Of a stretch of 64,000 nt of DNA, positions 51,122-63,925 are shown piece after piece. Origin of the DNA: Podarcis melisellensis (taxonomy: Eukaryota). Within the stretch, counting starts at the first letter, position 1; every line of letters starts with the position of its first letter. The DNA lies in the NCBI GenBank assembly GCA_964234715.1, contig OZ174277.1. The stretch is one strand, 5' to 3'. The notes under the pieces are model-generated. The model ran no database searches. It saw only the letters and a list, made by a program, of their open reading frames with translations, and was not told where the DNA came from. A program made the position numbers and the translations under genes.

Positions 51122-51804
51122 TCCTCTTAATCCACTAGTTAATTTTAATAACTTTTTAAGGTTGCAATCCACACTTAAGACCTATTGTACAACAGGATTC
51201 ACCTCTGAACAAACAGATATAGGAATGTGCTATGACTCTCTTTTATTTATTTGGAATTCATTAAACTCAGTGATATTGGTTTTCTGAAGGGGAAACTGGG
51301 GGGGGGGGGAATTCCCATGCAAGTTAGGGTAATTTACGGAAGGTATTTTACATCTGGTAATTTTCAGTTTGTATCAGAAATTTTTCAGATGTCTTGGAAA
51401 GTGATCCAATTTAGCATGTTTTTTTTTCTTGTATTTAGGAAGCTGCTAAAAACATTGAAATTGCGAAACTTGCCTAATATTTCTTTGCAGTTGGCATCCA
51501 TTCATTGTTACCAATGAAGCTTTGGGAACTTTTATGCGAAATAATTATGCACTGGAAAACCCACTAATTCCCACTTTGCTGATTAAACGTCATAAGATTA
51601 TTCTAGTTCAAGTTTTTACTACTTCGGTTTTTTTTAAGTGTATAAAGAAAGCGCAAAGCAATTTACAGTTAGAGGGAAAGAGAAGTTTCAATCCACATTT
51701 TAATCCTCATTTTAAATTTAACCTACTTTGCTGCTTTGTGTCTCACAAACTACAAACAACCGGGTGAGGGGAGGCAAAATCCAGGGCAACCCCATACCCT
51801 CCCT

Positions 51805-51842
51805 TGTCTGTCTGTCTGTCTGTCTGTCTGTATGTCTGTCTT
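51805..51842 (+). repeat. (TGTC)n microsatellite
   Basis: Direct reading. Confidence 0.9.
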
Positions 51843-52461
51843 TCTCTGCTATACAGTTTTCTGTAATCTCCTTTACACAGTAGATCACACAATCATCAGC
51901 AATACATGAAATTGCTGTATAGATTCAGCTTGAGTGTAGGCCTCTGAGATGACATGCCTGAGTCAGCATCTTGACCGAAAACAGAGTAGTAAATCTTCCA
52001 ATCTAAAGCATTTCCTCTCCCTGCATTGAGACAGGGAGTTGCATACAGCCAGTCTCTTCTAAGTTCCTGGATCAGAGCAGTCGTCTTCTCCCCAGTTTCT
52101 AACTTATAACAGCAGTCACGGTGAGCAGAAGCTGAAACCAAACATTAGGCAAAATTGAAATTTCTCTTATATCAAAACATCTGTAGTTTTGAGAGTTTTG
52201 AGAGAGGTTAAAAGAATTAAAGGGCGTCGTCAGACATCCTTTGTATTGCATATTCACAAGTATTATTTGTGCTCATGATGTTATTGGGGCAGTGACATAT
52301 GATCCCACTTTCAATACTGCTTGTGCCCGCACAAGTTTCAGGGCGGTCACACTCCTTCATTTCCAACCAGTGCATATCCTGTAAATTCCTACTGAAATCC
52401 TGCAACTTTTCACACCACATATGTTCTGCTTTACATTTGTTCTGCTTTTCTTGTGCTATAG

Positions 52462-52608
52462 CTCCTCCGGACAGCAATACAGTAGTAGCATCAGGGAAGC
52501 ACCCCAGAACAAAACAAAGCAGCATAAATCTACCACCAATGCGCTATCATCAAGAACACGGTGCAAAAAACACCCACAATAAAACACCAGTTGTAGGGAG
52601 GGGGCTTG
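52462..52608 (+). CDS. Candidate in-frame cassette exon of MDGA1 between Ig5 and Ig6, 147 nt, phase 1-1 (unverified)
   Basis: Acceptor tttgttctgcttttcttgtgctatAG and donor ttg|GTAAGA. Length is divisible by 3 and there is no stop in the frame set by exon 8. Confidence 0.35.
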
Positions 52609-52712
52609 GTAAGATTAACAAGATGGCTCGGGGTGTGTATGCGAGATGGCATTCTCTTATCTTTGAGTGAACATTTGTGCAGTCTGACAAATATCTCTAC
52701 AGCTGCATATGG

Positions 52713-52836
52713 TAAGGTTACCAAAAAATTTTCAATGAATCTGGGGACACTTATTGTTCGCTACGTACATGTGAATGCTGAGAAAGCTGTAAATCCGGGG
52801 ACTGTCCCCGGGAAACGGGGGCGTCTGGTAACCTTA
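52713..52836. mobile_element. hAT-type MITE (124 bp)
   Basis: Perfect 11-bp TIR TAAGGTTACCA / TGGTAACCTTA. The 8-bp flanks gcatatgg / gtatatgc match at 6 of 8, consistent with a hAT TSD. Confidence 0.8.
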
Positions 52837-52869
52837 GTATATGCTGTTCTCTGGGTTCCTAGGAGAAAA

Positions 52870-53315
52870 GTGGAGTGGTTAGTGTGAAAGTAGGACTGGG
52901 GAGAGATCTATGTTCAAATCCCCACTCAGCCACGAAGCTCAGGGGATGACTTTGGGCTTCTCCAGCCCAACCCAAGGTTGTTATTGTGTTGGGCGGGGGA
53001 AGAAGAAGAGTTTGGATTTGATATCCCGCTTTATCACTACCCGAAGGCGTCTCAAAGCGGCTAACATTCTCCTTTCCCTTCCTCCCCCACAACAAACACT
53101 CTTTGAGTGAGGCTGAGAGACTTTAAAGAAGTGTGACTGGCCCAAGGTCACCCAGCAGCTGCCTGTGGAGGAGCGGAGACTCCGGTTCCCCAGATTACGA
53201 GTCTACCGCTCTTAACCACTACACCACACTGGATGCTAGGTATGAAAACTAGGTATGCCTACCTGAGTTCCTTAGAGGGAAAGGTAGGACATACTGTAAA
53301 TACAATAAATAAATA
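52870..53315 (+). mobile_element. Older Squam3-like tRNA SINE interrupted by a younger SINE
   Basis: Head gtggagtggttagtgtg..ggactgggga..gttcaaatccccactcagccacgaagctc. The tail cctgagttccttagagggaaaggtaggac..aataaataaat resumes after 53232. Confidence 0.7.
52999..53232 (-). mobile_element. Squam3-type SINE (young, lacertid-type)
   Basis: Minus strand ccagtgtggtgtagtggttaagagcggtagactcgtaatctggggaacc...agccgctttgagacgccttcgggtagtgataaagcgggatatcaaatccaaactcttcttcttc. Confidence 0.85.
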
Positions 53316-53464
53316 CAACTTACAGCAGAAAAGGCATCAGAGAAGTACTATACTCTCTTTCTTCTGTTGCTTAAATGAAGGAGGGGCTGGATAATAACAA
53401 GTAGCTGAACAAGGAAAGACCTGTGAATGTTGAACCCAGCTTGATATGCTTGAAGATGCATTGC

Positions 53465-53615
53465 ACTCCCTGTGCTATAATTTCCCCATCTTTAAAGTGG
53501 AGATAAGTCTGACCCTTCCCACCAGAGGTTTCTGAGACTTAATTAGTGGTTTCAGAGCACTTTGAAATCCTTTAATAAAAGGCACACTAGATGAGGCAAG
53601 GTTTATTATTATTAT
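53465..53615 (+). mobile_element. MIR-like (amniote CORE-SINE) fragment
   Basis: tttccccatctttaaagtggagataa...agcactttgaaatcctttaataaaaggcac...ttattattatta. Confidence 0.6.
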
Positions 53616-54589
53616 AAACACCATCTACCACACGCCTCAGGTCATGGAGTCACAAGTGAAATTAAACGCATCAGCCACCATGATGCATATTAAAACTTGT
53701 GGCAGGCAGGTGAGATTAGAAAGGTTTTTGAGGCCAGCCTGCAACGTTTCAGTATTGGAAATCGTCCCCATGGAAGGAGGCGAGAGGCCGACAGATGGCA
53801 GATAAACAGGATCTGAACTAGTCTATGCAGTGCATTTTATAGCCCATGAGATACTAAGTGCGAACAGCATCCCTGTCTGGCACTTCTGCAAAAACGGCCC
53901 ACAATTGCACAGTAACGTAATTCCAGTATGCATTATACATGGTCAGATGTTAATGTGTTTGTCCGTTTATTTGAACAATTCGCTTATATACCGCCTTTCT
54001 GTCAAGGCACTCAAGGTGGCTGTAAAATAATGTCTTGCAATTTAATTTAAATGATACAAAAGAGAAAAGCAAGGCAGGAGAGGAAAACAAACAGATTTGG
54101 GTGTTGTGACCATTCCATGAGATAGGTTGAGAAATGGAGGAGCCAGAGGGCTTTTGGTCCTAGCCAAGCAGATGCAGAGGGGGAGGGGGACCTAGCTCTC
54201 ACACCTCTCCTTTTGAGGTGATGATGGAGAGAATCCCAATGGCAGCTGGTCCCAGTTAAAGAAGTGCTGGCTCATGGTTTCATTTCTCCTTCATATACAG
54301 CTAGTTGGAATGTTCAGGTTGCCATGTCCATGATCTCTTAATACAGCCAAGGACATATTCTGGTGGGGGGTGCAATCAGAGTGCTGTGTAATCCTGAGCC
54401 AAAATATACCAATTGGTGACTTAATAAAGAACATTTTGAAGACCTAGACCATTGTTGCAGAAGCAGCTATCATCTGAATTTAAAAATAGCTACTTCCCTT
54501 ATTGGACACAAATACATTATATGAGAACGGCCAAATTCTTCAAAGATCCACAGAACTGTAGAGTCGCAAACAGCCTAGAGATCATTTAT

Positions 54590-54720
54590 TCCAAGGATGA
54601 CAACGTGGTTCCCCTCTGGATGTTGCTGGACTATAATTCCCATCAGCCCCAGCCAGTATAGCAAGTGGCACAGATGATGGGAGTTGTAGTCCAAGGGCAT
54701 CGCATTGGGTCCTCCAATTT
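54590..54720. mobile_element. hAT-like MITE fragment
   Basis: gatgttgctggactataattcccatcagccccagcc...gatgggagttgtagtccaa, an internal inverted repeat of the same family as 44519-44675. Confidence 0.6.
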
Positions 54721-55785
54721 ATTCCACCTCTGTACTTAACTGTGTGTCAGAAACAGAGAGCAAAAGCAAGGTACCTCATGCTAGTGGCAGTTGTGTGATA
54801 CAGGATATGTTTGATAAATACACACCCAGATAATTTAAGCCTGCACTTATTGCAGAAAAAGTTGAGAAAAATACTGACTTCGCAGGGGTTTCCCCACCCC
54901 CATTCATCTGCAAAACAAATGTTAAATAGCTTTGCGTAGTTAAATAATTGTACTGTACTAATATATTGAAAGTCTCTTTCTCAGCCAGTGAATGCTTTAC
55001 AATTCCAAATATGTGACCACAGTAGTTAAACTTTGAAGACTTTTCCGCATAACCTCTGACAGCATACTACAATTTCATTTTAGCCATTATGCATTTTCCC
55101 CCCAGTGACAACAGCATGATAGCCCATATCACAGCAGAGGCGAATAGCCTTCTACCCAGAGGAAACTGACACGATGCTGCTTGCATTTTTGGGAAGGAAA
55201 AGGCTAGATTTGCACTCCTCCACAGGAGCAGCAGTGTGTGTCCACAAAGCTTTTTCAAACCCCTAATAAAAGGTTCACATTATGGCTCTGGCATTGCTGA
55301 GGTGAAAACACTGCTGGTTTTTCAGAGATGAAGTAAACTCTGGTCTGTCACCTCAGTGCCAAAACAGACCTTCCTCTGTTTTTATTTCAAGGTCCCTCAA
55401 AGCTGCATAGGAAGAGTCCTTACAGGAACTGGTAAGGAGAAAGAGTGATTTATATCTATGAACTTTTGAGAGAGTGATTGCATCATAAGTAAAGAAGATT
55501 TCACCCCATACCTGAATTATGGTGCAGCACTGTGATACAAATGTCATCGGAATCAATTCTGATGCCAGTTTTGTGCCTATTTATCCTTTTGCATAGAGGC
55601 TAACCTGTTTGCTCCTCTGCAGAGGAGCACTGCTAGCAGATGATATCACATGGGACGATGATGTGAGAGTCATTCACTTTTTCTCAATTTCCAACTTGTT
55701 TCAGCCCAAATTATCCTTCGTTGGGGACTTTTCTATTTAAAAAAATAAATGGACAATTAATAAGCCATGCTTAAAACATATAAAA

Positions 55786-56135
55786 GGGATGCGGGTGGCA
55801 CTGTTGGTTAAACCACAGAGCCTAGGACTTGCCAATCGGAAGGTCGGCAGTTGGAATCCCCCAACGGGGTGAGCTCCCGTTGCTCAGTCCCAGCTCCTGC
55901 CAACCTAGCAGTTCGAAAGCACGTCAAAGTACAAGTAGATAAATAGGTAGCGCTCCAGCGGGAAGGTAAACGGCGTTTCCGTGCGCTGCTCTGGTTCGCC
56001 AGGAGTGGCTTAGTCATGCTGGCCACATGACCCAGAAGCTGTATGCCGGCTCCCTTGGCCTATAGAGCGAGATGAGCACCGCAACCCCAGAGTTGGTCAC
56101 AACTGGACCTAATGGTCAGGGGTTCCTTTACCTTT
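55786..56135 (+). mobile_element. Sauria SINE (Squam1/POM-type), full length
   Basis: gggatgcgggtggcactg..taaaccacagagcctaggacttgcc...acctagcagttcgaaagcac...ggttcctttaccttt. 14-bp TSD TTAAAACATATAAA at 55771-55784 and 56136-56149. Confidence 0.93.
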
Positions 56136-57954
56136 TTAAAACATATAAATACATATCAAAATCATGCATTTGCTCTGTTTCCAGTCTTTTTCTGTAGATA
56201 AAACAGTTTGGGGGAGTGATCACAGTAATATGTGTCAGAAAGGAAGAAGTCAAAGGACTGGAGGAAAAATAGTAAGGCCCAGAAGAAGCAACAGGTGGAG
56301 ATCAGCGATGTCTGTGACTGTTAAAAAAAGAAAGCAATGCATGTCTGCCTGGCTCTTGGCATATGAAAAGTTTTTGGTATGTGCCTTCATGGCTTAAAGG
56401 CTTTGGCCATCCCTGCTGTAGGTCACTAGTGTATGAAGGTTGATCTTCCTTTGCAGCAGATAAGTCTCTTTAGAAGACCATTCCTCTCCAAATGTTATTC
56501 TGGCTGGCGAACAAATGTTTAATCTCCTTTGGTATCTGGCTGAGCAGTTTGCAGTGTTGTACGTCAGGCAAATAATAGTCTCCATCAATTTAACCTGTTA
56601 TCTGTGCAGCAAACATAAGACCAGGAATGGCGTATGTGGAAGGGACAGTAAATAAGCATGACGGATCAGTGGATCTACATCACTGGAAATGGAAATGCAC
56701 TAAATTCTGCTTTGGCTTGCAATTGAAGCCATCTCTCAACTGCCAGAGTTTTACGGGTGCTCTGTCTCTTTTGAAAGCAAGAGTGTAGCTATTAATTGCT
56801 CTGTTAATATTCTCATGAGTCTTTCTGGCAGAGAGCCTTGCCACAACACTTAAGTTGATGCTGCCTGGGAAATTTCAAACTTTTATTGATGCTAGTTCAG
56901 GAGGAAGGAGACCACTGCTGTGCTCCGGGATGTACTGTGAGTGCTGAACAGTTGAGACATATATCCAGTGCAGAGGTGGCTCCTTTTGCTCACTAGTCTT
57001 GTCAAAGGGAGAGTTTGGAACAGGGGGCTTAAGAATTTAGACTTGGGAGGAATTTAGATAGATGGGTAGATATTTATTTTCATCTTGTCTCCCTTCCTTG
57101 GGCTATTAAGGATAGATTCAGAAGATCGGGAGTTGCACCAGTAGCTAGCTGCTTAATAACTGTCTGCATGGGAAGGGGATTGTCTGTAGCCCAGTATTAT
57201 CTTCTACAGACTCTTGCAAATTAGGTAAGTAAAAGGGTAGTAATGCTGAATGGAGTGGTAATGAGAACTGCAGGCCACTGGCGCTGTTAACGGCACAGGG
57301 AAGCAGGCTATGCACTTTCAAGTGTCTGCTCTGTGACTGACGGTTGTTTGAATCCATGCAGGAGATGTGTGGCAGGGCTTGATTTAGCCATCAGAGAATG
57401 TCAGCTGTACAATGGATCCCCCGCGAGAATGAAATGATTTGGGCGCTCTCTAGCATAGTGGATAGGCTCATTTTGCTAGCTGCGGTGGACTCGTTTAAAA
57501 TCTCCCAAGAACATGGTGGTCATTCCCTCCCTATAAGGCAAGGGACTATGGGGAATTTGAATACAGTATACTGGTTGCCCATCATGAAAAACGGAATGTT
57601 TTTCACAGATGATTGTGAATCTATAAGCAGAATATGACTCTTGAGATGACAGGGTTGCATCTTAGACTGTGGTTTGGAATTGGGTCATTATGCTCATTAA
57701 TCTGTCGCTGGGAGTGTAATGAAACACTTTCTTTCTGTTCTTTTCTTCAGGTCTTTGTTCCGTAGGAACTTTGGTTCCCAAGGGCCTAAAAACACCCCCA
57801 TAATAGGCCACAAGTGATGGCCACCTTAAAATACACCTCATTTCTGCCTATTTCCAGTAATTACATTGTGCCCATTTTAAAGCAGAAGGTGTACATTCCA
57901 GCTTATATAATTAAAGATTTGTTAACTGTTTCCTTTCAAAACCCTGGAAAACTG

Positions 57955-57956
<2 letters not shown>

Positions 57957-57989
<33 letters not shown>
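57957..57989 (+). repeat. (GT)n microsatellite
   Basis: Direct reading. Confidence 0.95.
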
Positions 57990-57991
<2 letters not shown>

Positions 57992-58121
57992 CACATGTTC
58001 TTAGTGTGATAATGGATCAAGGTGCAGCCAGAGGTCGCAGCCCACAAGGGCTAATTCACCACCCACTTACATGGATGGAAACATAAGCAAAGCTGTTTGT
58101 GGTTTAGTAACTATGACTCTC

Positions 58122-58483
58122 GGGGGATGCAGGTGGCGTTGTGGGTTAAAGCCTCAGCGCCTAGGACTTGCCGATCGAAAGGTCGGCGGTTCGAATCCCT
58201 GCGGCGGGGTGCGCTCCCGCTGCTCGGTCCCAGCGCCTGCCAACCTAGCAGTTCGAAAGCACCTCCGGGTGCAAGTAGATAAATAGGGACCGCTTACCAG
58301 CGGGAAGGTAAACGGCGTTTCCGTGTGCGGCTCTGGCTCGCCAGAGCAGCGATGTCACGCTGGCCACGTGACCTGGAAGTGTCTCCGGACAGCGCTGGCC
58401 CCTGGCCTAAGTGAGATGGGTGCACAACCCCAGAGTCTGTCAAGACTGGCCCGTACGGGCAGGGGTACCTTTACCTTTTACCT
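58122..58483 (+). mobile_element. Sauria SINE (second subfamily), full length
   Basis: Intact B-box GGTTCGAATCC and (ACCTTT)n tail. 14-bp TSD TAACTATGACTCTC at 58108-58121 and 58484-58497. Confidence 0.93.
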
Positions 58484-59402
58484 TAACTATGACTCTCACT
58501 GAGAACAGTGTGGGACCAAATTCACCAAAACAAGTTGACTCAAAGTAGCTGCTTGAAATCCAATTCATGTATAGGCTGTTCCATCTGGCAAGCTATTTGT
58601 GCGTAGCTGCTCATCACAATGCATTTTACTACACCAAAGCTATTTTAATTGTGGTTATGAGTTTAAATTTTTAGAACAGATTTTTCTATATATGTGGCTT
58701 ACACCACATAATATGCAGCAGTGGAGGCTGTACAATGAAGCTATTCAAATGCTCACATTTCTACCAAAGTCTGGCACACATCTCCACCTGTATTTCCCCT
58801 GGTTCCATACCTTGAACTTCTACAATTCCTCCACCTCCTCCAAACTCAGCTCAGTTTGACAGGGCTCATGAATTCTCAACAAGTTCTGGTGGGATTCCAG
58901 AACTGCCTTTTTTCCTCTTAGAGAAGGGGGCAGTGTCACAGAATCCCTTTCCTTCAGATAACCCCCATAATGACTCACACCTACCTCCAAGATACGTCTT
59001 TAGAATATTAACGAAAATTATTGGAAGGGTATACATGATGAGATTTTATTCAGGGAAACACCTCTTGGGACAATCCTTGTGATGAACAGAAACCCTAATA
59101 GGAAGCTACAAATGCAGAGTTATTTTTGAATTCTAATGAGCCATGACCGCTTGTGACCCACAGTTCTGGAGCTTCACCAATTACTGTTGCCCAAAGGGAG
59201 ATTGTTTGCATAAGAATTATATTGCAGAATGTTTATGGATTCTCTTACATGTATAATATTCTGAGTCTCTCTCCTCTGAGTCCTGGCTATTGTGCGAGGA
59301 AGCTAAGAATTTCAGCTGTTCTCAAAGAACCCAACTTAGAAAAGTTTATAGGAGTTCCTTTCAAGTTCCATTTTGAAAGGCATGCAGTACTTTTCCTTTG
59401 AT

Positions 59403-59403
<1 letters not shown>

Positions 59404-59439
<36 letters not shown>
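59404..59439 (+). repeat. (GT)n microsatellite
   Basis: Direct reading. Confidence 0.95.
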
Positions 59440-59440
<1 letters not shown>

Positions 59441-62400
59441 TATAAATATTGACACCAGGTGAACTTCTTGGTTTGTTTTCTGCCATGAATGGGCTACCAT
59501 TGAAAATGTTCCAATTATATTATCTGTTTTGCTGAATGGATACCCGTTTGCCCTCTTTTGCCAGCAAATTCTTCTCCTCCTTTCATATTGTTGGGATGCA
59601 CTGGTGTCCACATTGAATGATGGGCATATAATTTTTTTGTGAGGGCGGGTATAGTTTTCTGTTTGTGACAAGGTCTGAGGCTCTAGGTCTGTAGCATGCC
59701 TCCAGATTATTCCAACAGTAAAAGGGTAGAGGACACTGCAAAATTGTTTTACTGTTAATTGCAATACACTGTAACTCTAATATTCCAAAATGCATTAAAC
59801 AGTTGCATTTCATTCTTTTCAGCTGTAGGTAGTTTGAGAAAGGGGAATCACCTTAACCATGTTCTTCCTATTACTTGTGTAAAAAGAGGTACATTCAAGT
59901 AGATCAAGTATATCCTTCCAGGATTCTGTCTCAGGGCAAGCTGCACCATTAGACAGATATCACAGGGGGCGTTACCTTAGTTTATGGGGCAGATGCTGTA
60001 GGGAGAGGCAGGGAACAGCTGCAGTGTGTTGGTAGACAGAGCTGTGTGCCCCACAGACCCAGCCCTCTGCCTCCTATGTTAGCTTGCTGTTCTCAAGTAC
60101 TCACAGGATTGGAGTAAAATTCCAATGCCTCTCCAATCTGCCACCTCGTAATGTTGCATGTGTAGACCAGCCCTGGATCTTAATACTTAAAAAGAGAAAT
60201 CACATCTCTGTATCCACTCTGAAATCTTTTTTCATGTCTTTCTTCACATGTCTTTGTTTTATACTAAAACTGAAAACAAGAACTAAAGGAAACAGCCACA
60301 GTTATGTGTTCGCTTTGCATTAAATAAGAAAGCACCTCATCAACACAGAGAAATGTCAAATAAGTTGTGCAGTGAGCCACTAGCAAACTAGCTGGACATC
60401 CCACTGTGTTGATCTACTTCTATTTTCTTTGGGCCTGACCTTCCACATCAGAGAAATAATAGAAACCTTAACTTCAAAGAAGACTTTCCTCTTTCTTCCA
60501 ATAAATGCACGTGGATATGAGCTTTTCCATTGCAAGGCAACACCTCCATGCAGATGCTGAGGGATCAATATAGAGCTCAAGGGGCCCCTCTTTCTTCACC
60601 CCATCTTTCCCTGGGCATGCTTATCACATGTCCCTCCCCCCAGCTATCCAGCACCACCACCCTTTGATAAAGTTCACATAATTTCCCCTTTCCCTCTGGA
60701 GCTTGCACAGCTGAGTGGTGGGAAAGCTGAATAGAAATGTGAGAGCCAACATAGATCTTCTCTGATCCCCAGCACAGTCTATCACATGGCCAGACCTTGT
60801 GTATGAGCCCAGGGGGAGCAGGGGAGTGGAGAAATAGACAGTGGTCTCTCCTGAACCCTATGAGAGTATTTCCATATGCACTGTCTCTATGAAAGATTGA
60901 TCCTGTTCTGAAAATACACACACACCATAAATTTGCCTATTTGCAAAGGTATCATAGAAATCTACTTGTTGCGTATTATGATTTTGAGAAATATTTTGAG
61001 TAATATCAAAGCAACAAGATGTGAAAGTTGGCCTTCCTAACATCTGGAGGATACACACCAAATGTTTAATAAGACATACCAGGAACTGGTGCAGATGAGG
61101 GAAAATTTGAAATTTTACTCATTTCAGGAAGTTAAATGGAGTACATTCACATTGTCTCGAGCTTTGGAAATAAAACCCCTCCTCCCTGTGCCTTTTATCA
61201 CTCATAAGTCATTTGTGGGCATATGACGTATGACGTTCTTCAAAAACATTCCCTCTCCCCTAACTTTGCTTAGACAACTTTGGACAAAAGAAGGATCCTT
61301 CTAATACCCAGGAAAGCAACAAGGTTCTTCCTCAGAATTATGTAAATCTTCATCTTTCATATTATTTTTGCTGCAAGGCCATCAATCCAGTCAGGGGACT
61401 CACTACCATCAATCATTACAGAGAACTTCATATTTATAAGGGAACCTGTTATATTTTATATGGATTCCAATGTGATTGTGAATATATATAATTTGTCTAG
61501 CTGAGATCTGTCAGATTGAGCTCTAAGTTGAGAGCATTTCCTGCTGGAATTTCCTGTTCCAGGTTGGCCTTCTTTCCTCCTAAATTGTTTGGACTGTGTC
61601 ATGGGAACACCTCGTTCCTCTGCAGAGGGAACCATCTAGCTGGGCCTGATCACTAGGGAAATTTAGGCTTCTGCTAAGGCCAAACACTTTCGCTGCAGAG
61701 AGTAGCCCGGTTTTTCCATCTGAACTGCACTTTAGTTTGTTCAGGGACAGCAGCTGGGGGTGTGGCGTGGCGGCAGAAAAATAAGACTGAGAAAGTGACA
61801 CTATATGGTAGAAAGAGGAAACAAATTGATTGCTAAGGAGCCCTGTGGACTTGAGGCTGAATTGAAGGCAGCCCCAATTTACTGAAGGTCATGGAGATAA
61901 AGATTAGTGAGCTGGGGGGTGAAAGAGGGGTTTGAGAGACCATGAGGTCAGAATCCAAGACCACCTCATCATCATCAAGGTTGTCTTTGAAATTGCACAT
62001 TTAGTTTGCAAGGTGTCTTGATACAGCCTCACAGGACCATTTTCTCCCATATTGTAGTGACAGCTGAGATATAGTTCCTTGCCCAAGAATCCATGGCAGA
62101 ATTAGGATTTGATCTTTAGCACCTCAGTTCCAAGCCCTTCTCCTCGGACATTATCTTCCATGCTCTTTCTTCTCCTCCACACTTTGCATCAGCTTGAATT
62201 AAGGGCCAGCACAAGGCATTTTCTGTGTGGAGTGAAGAACAAGATGGTGCCCCTTCTTCCTTCTATGTACAGAAGCTGATTGACTTGGCAGTTGAATCTT
62301 ACTTCAGCACCAGTGATAGGATAGTTTCCAGCAATGCACATGAAATCAGCAGGCTAACTTAGCAGGTGCAGGGCAGACTGTGTCTCAACACCTTGCCACT

Positions 62401-63752
62401 GCTTGATTTCCCACTTTGGTGCCTGCTCTAATGCCCACTCAGACAAATGTTGCAATGCAACAGTGGCAGTGCTGGCATGTGTTATCTTGGCTTGGCCATC
62501 TCTCAGCCAGCACTTTGGTTAGAGACCTTTCTCAATGGCTCCGTGTGCAACATTTTGAGGAAAGGCAACAAGGTGAGACAGCTAGCCAGCCCTGGTGAGC
62601 AACGAGCAAGCATCACCACTGCCAGGGCTCCAGTTCAAGGGGTTGGGAATGGCCAGGAAAGAGTGGCTCAGGAGGAACCGCCAACAGGGGGTCTGCTGCC
62701 ACCCTCCAGCAATCACCACCTGAGGCATCTGCCTCACTCTGCCTAATGGTAGGACCAGCCCCAGCACAATTATCCCTCAAAGCGTTCCCTGACCTTGTTC
62801 TGTGATAATCCAAGGTGGAACCGTATTGGCAGGAAATGTAAAGGAATTCCTCTTAATCCTCTAGAGAAAATGCTGCTTCTACAGAACACTTTAGAGCTAG
62901 GCAAAGCCAATATATCTTGTACTTTCCAAACATGTACTCATTTTGGCTCCAGTCAGAGCTAGTCTTCTGACCACCAATACAACCATAACCACAGTTGAAG
63001 GCCAAGTCATGGGACAGTAAATGAAAATCACATTTGTGCTGATTAGGAAATTCCATATTGGACATTTATAATGAAGATGTATTTGGCCAGCTTAATTGTG
63101 AGCCAGAATATAGCAGCTAATAAGAGTTTAATGCAATATAGATGGATTTAATGGGAACAATTCTGCTGGGATTTCCTTTAACAGTTCATAGCATATGCAT
63201 AATACACGACCTCCTGGCCAATTGCTTGCTGTGCCGTGAAATGGGAGACTGGGGCTTTGGGGGAAGATGCATTCATTGTAGAAGACATTGCTGGAGAGAA
63301 ATGCGCAAGAACTGGGGGAAAGATGAAAAATCGCAGCCACTAATTGGCTCTAAAGAAAAGGATGACATCTTGAGGCAAAGTTTTCAGCAGGTTTGCACTG
63401 ATAACTATATCACTCACCTCCTCCCCCCCCCTCTTTTCTTGTATGCATACCTTTATGTATGCAAAACCTGAGATTTATACCTTGGGGTAAACAATCTTGT
63501 GATTTAATCTGCTTCCTTAGCAACAGCCACATCAGTTCTCTGTGCAACGGAAGAGCCAGCTTTAAAAATAAAGCTGAGTGAAATTTTAAAATCATTTATT
63601 CAAGACATCACTCCCTGGTCAAGCTGTTCCGGAAGGCAGCAAATCCTGGGAACTTGATTTCTCCCCACCACACCAGACCTTCTCTTATCCGAGGCAGAAT
63701 CTCTGAGCTTTTCACACATGGGCCTTAGCTGTGGTTAAAACTAACACATTTT

Positions 63753-63925
63753 GGATCCAAACCATACGTTTAAAGCATGTGGTTTCCCTCAAGAATCCTG
63801 GGAACTGCAGTTTGCTAAGGATGCTGGGAATTGTAGCTCTGTGAGGGGTAAATTGACAGTTCCCTGGGTTCTTTGCAGGGAAAGTCAAGTGCTTTCAATA
63901 TGCTTTAAATTTATGGTGTGGATGT
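63753..63925. mobile_element. Foldback MITE, family B copy 3
   Basis: Inverted ends atccaaaccatacgtttaaagcat / atgctttaaatttatggtgtggat, with internal aagaatcctgggaactg / cagttccctgggttctt. Confidence 0.75.

Noticed and set aside
51940-52060. Weak resemblance to an ancient AmnSINE/Deu-domain element on the minus strand
   Set aside because: The similarity is too short and degenerate to support without an HMM search.
63140-63175. G-F-N-G peptide resembling the W-R-F-N-G of MDGA1 Ig6
   Set aside because: No Trp, no Ig cysteines, no splice sites or surrounding similarity.
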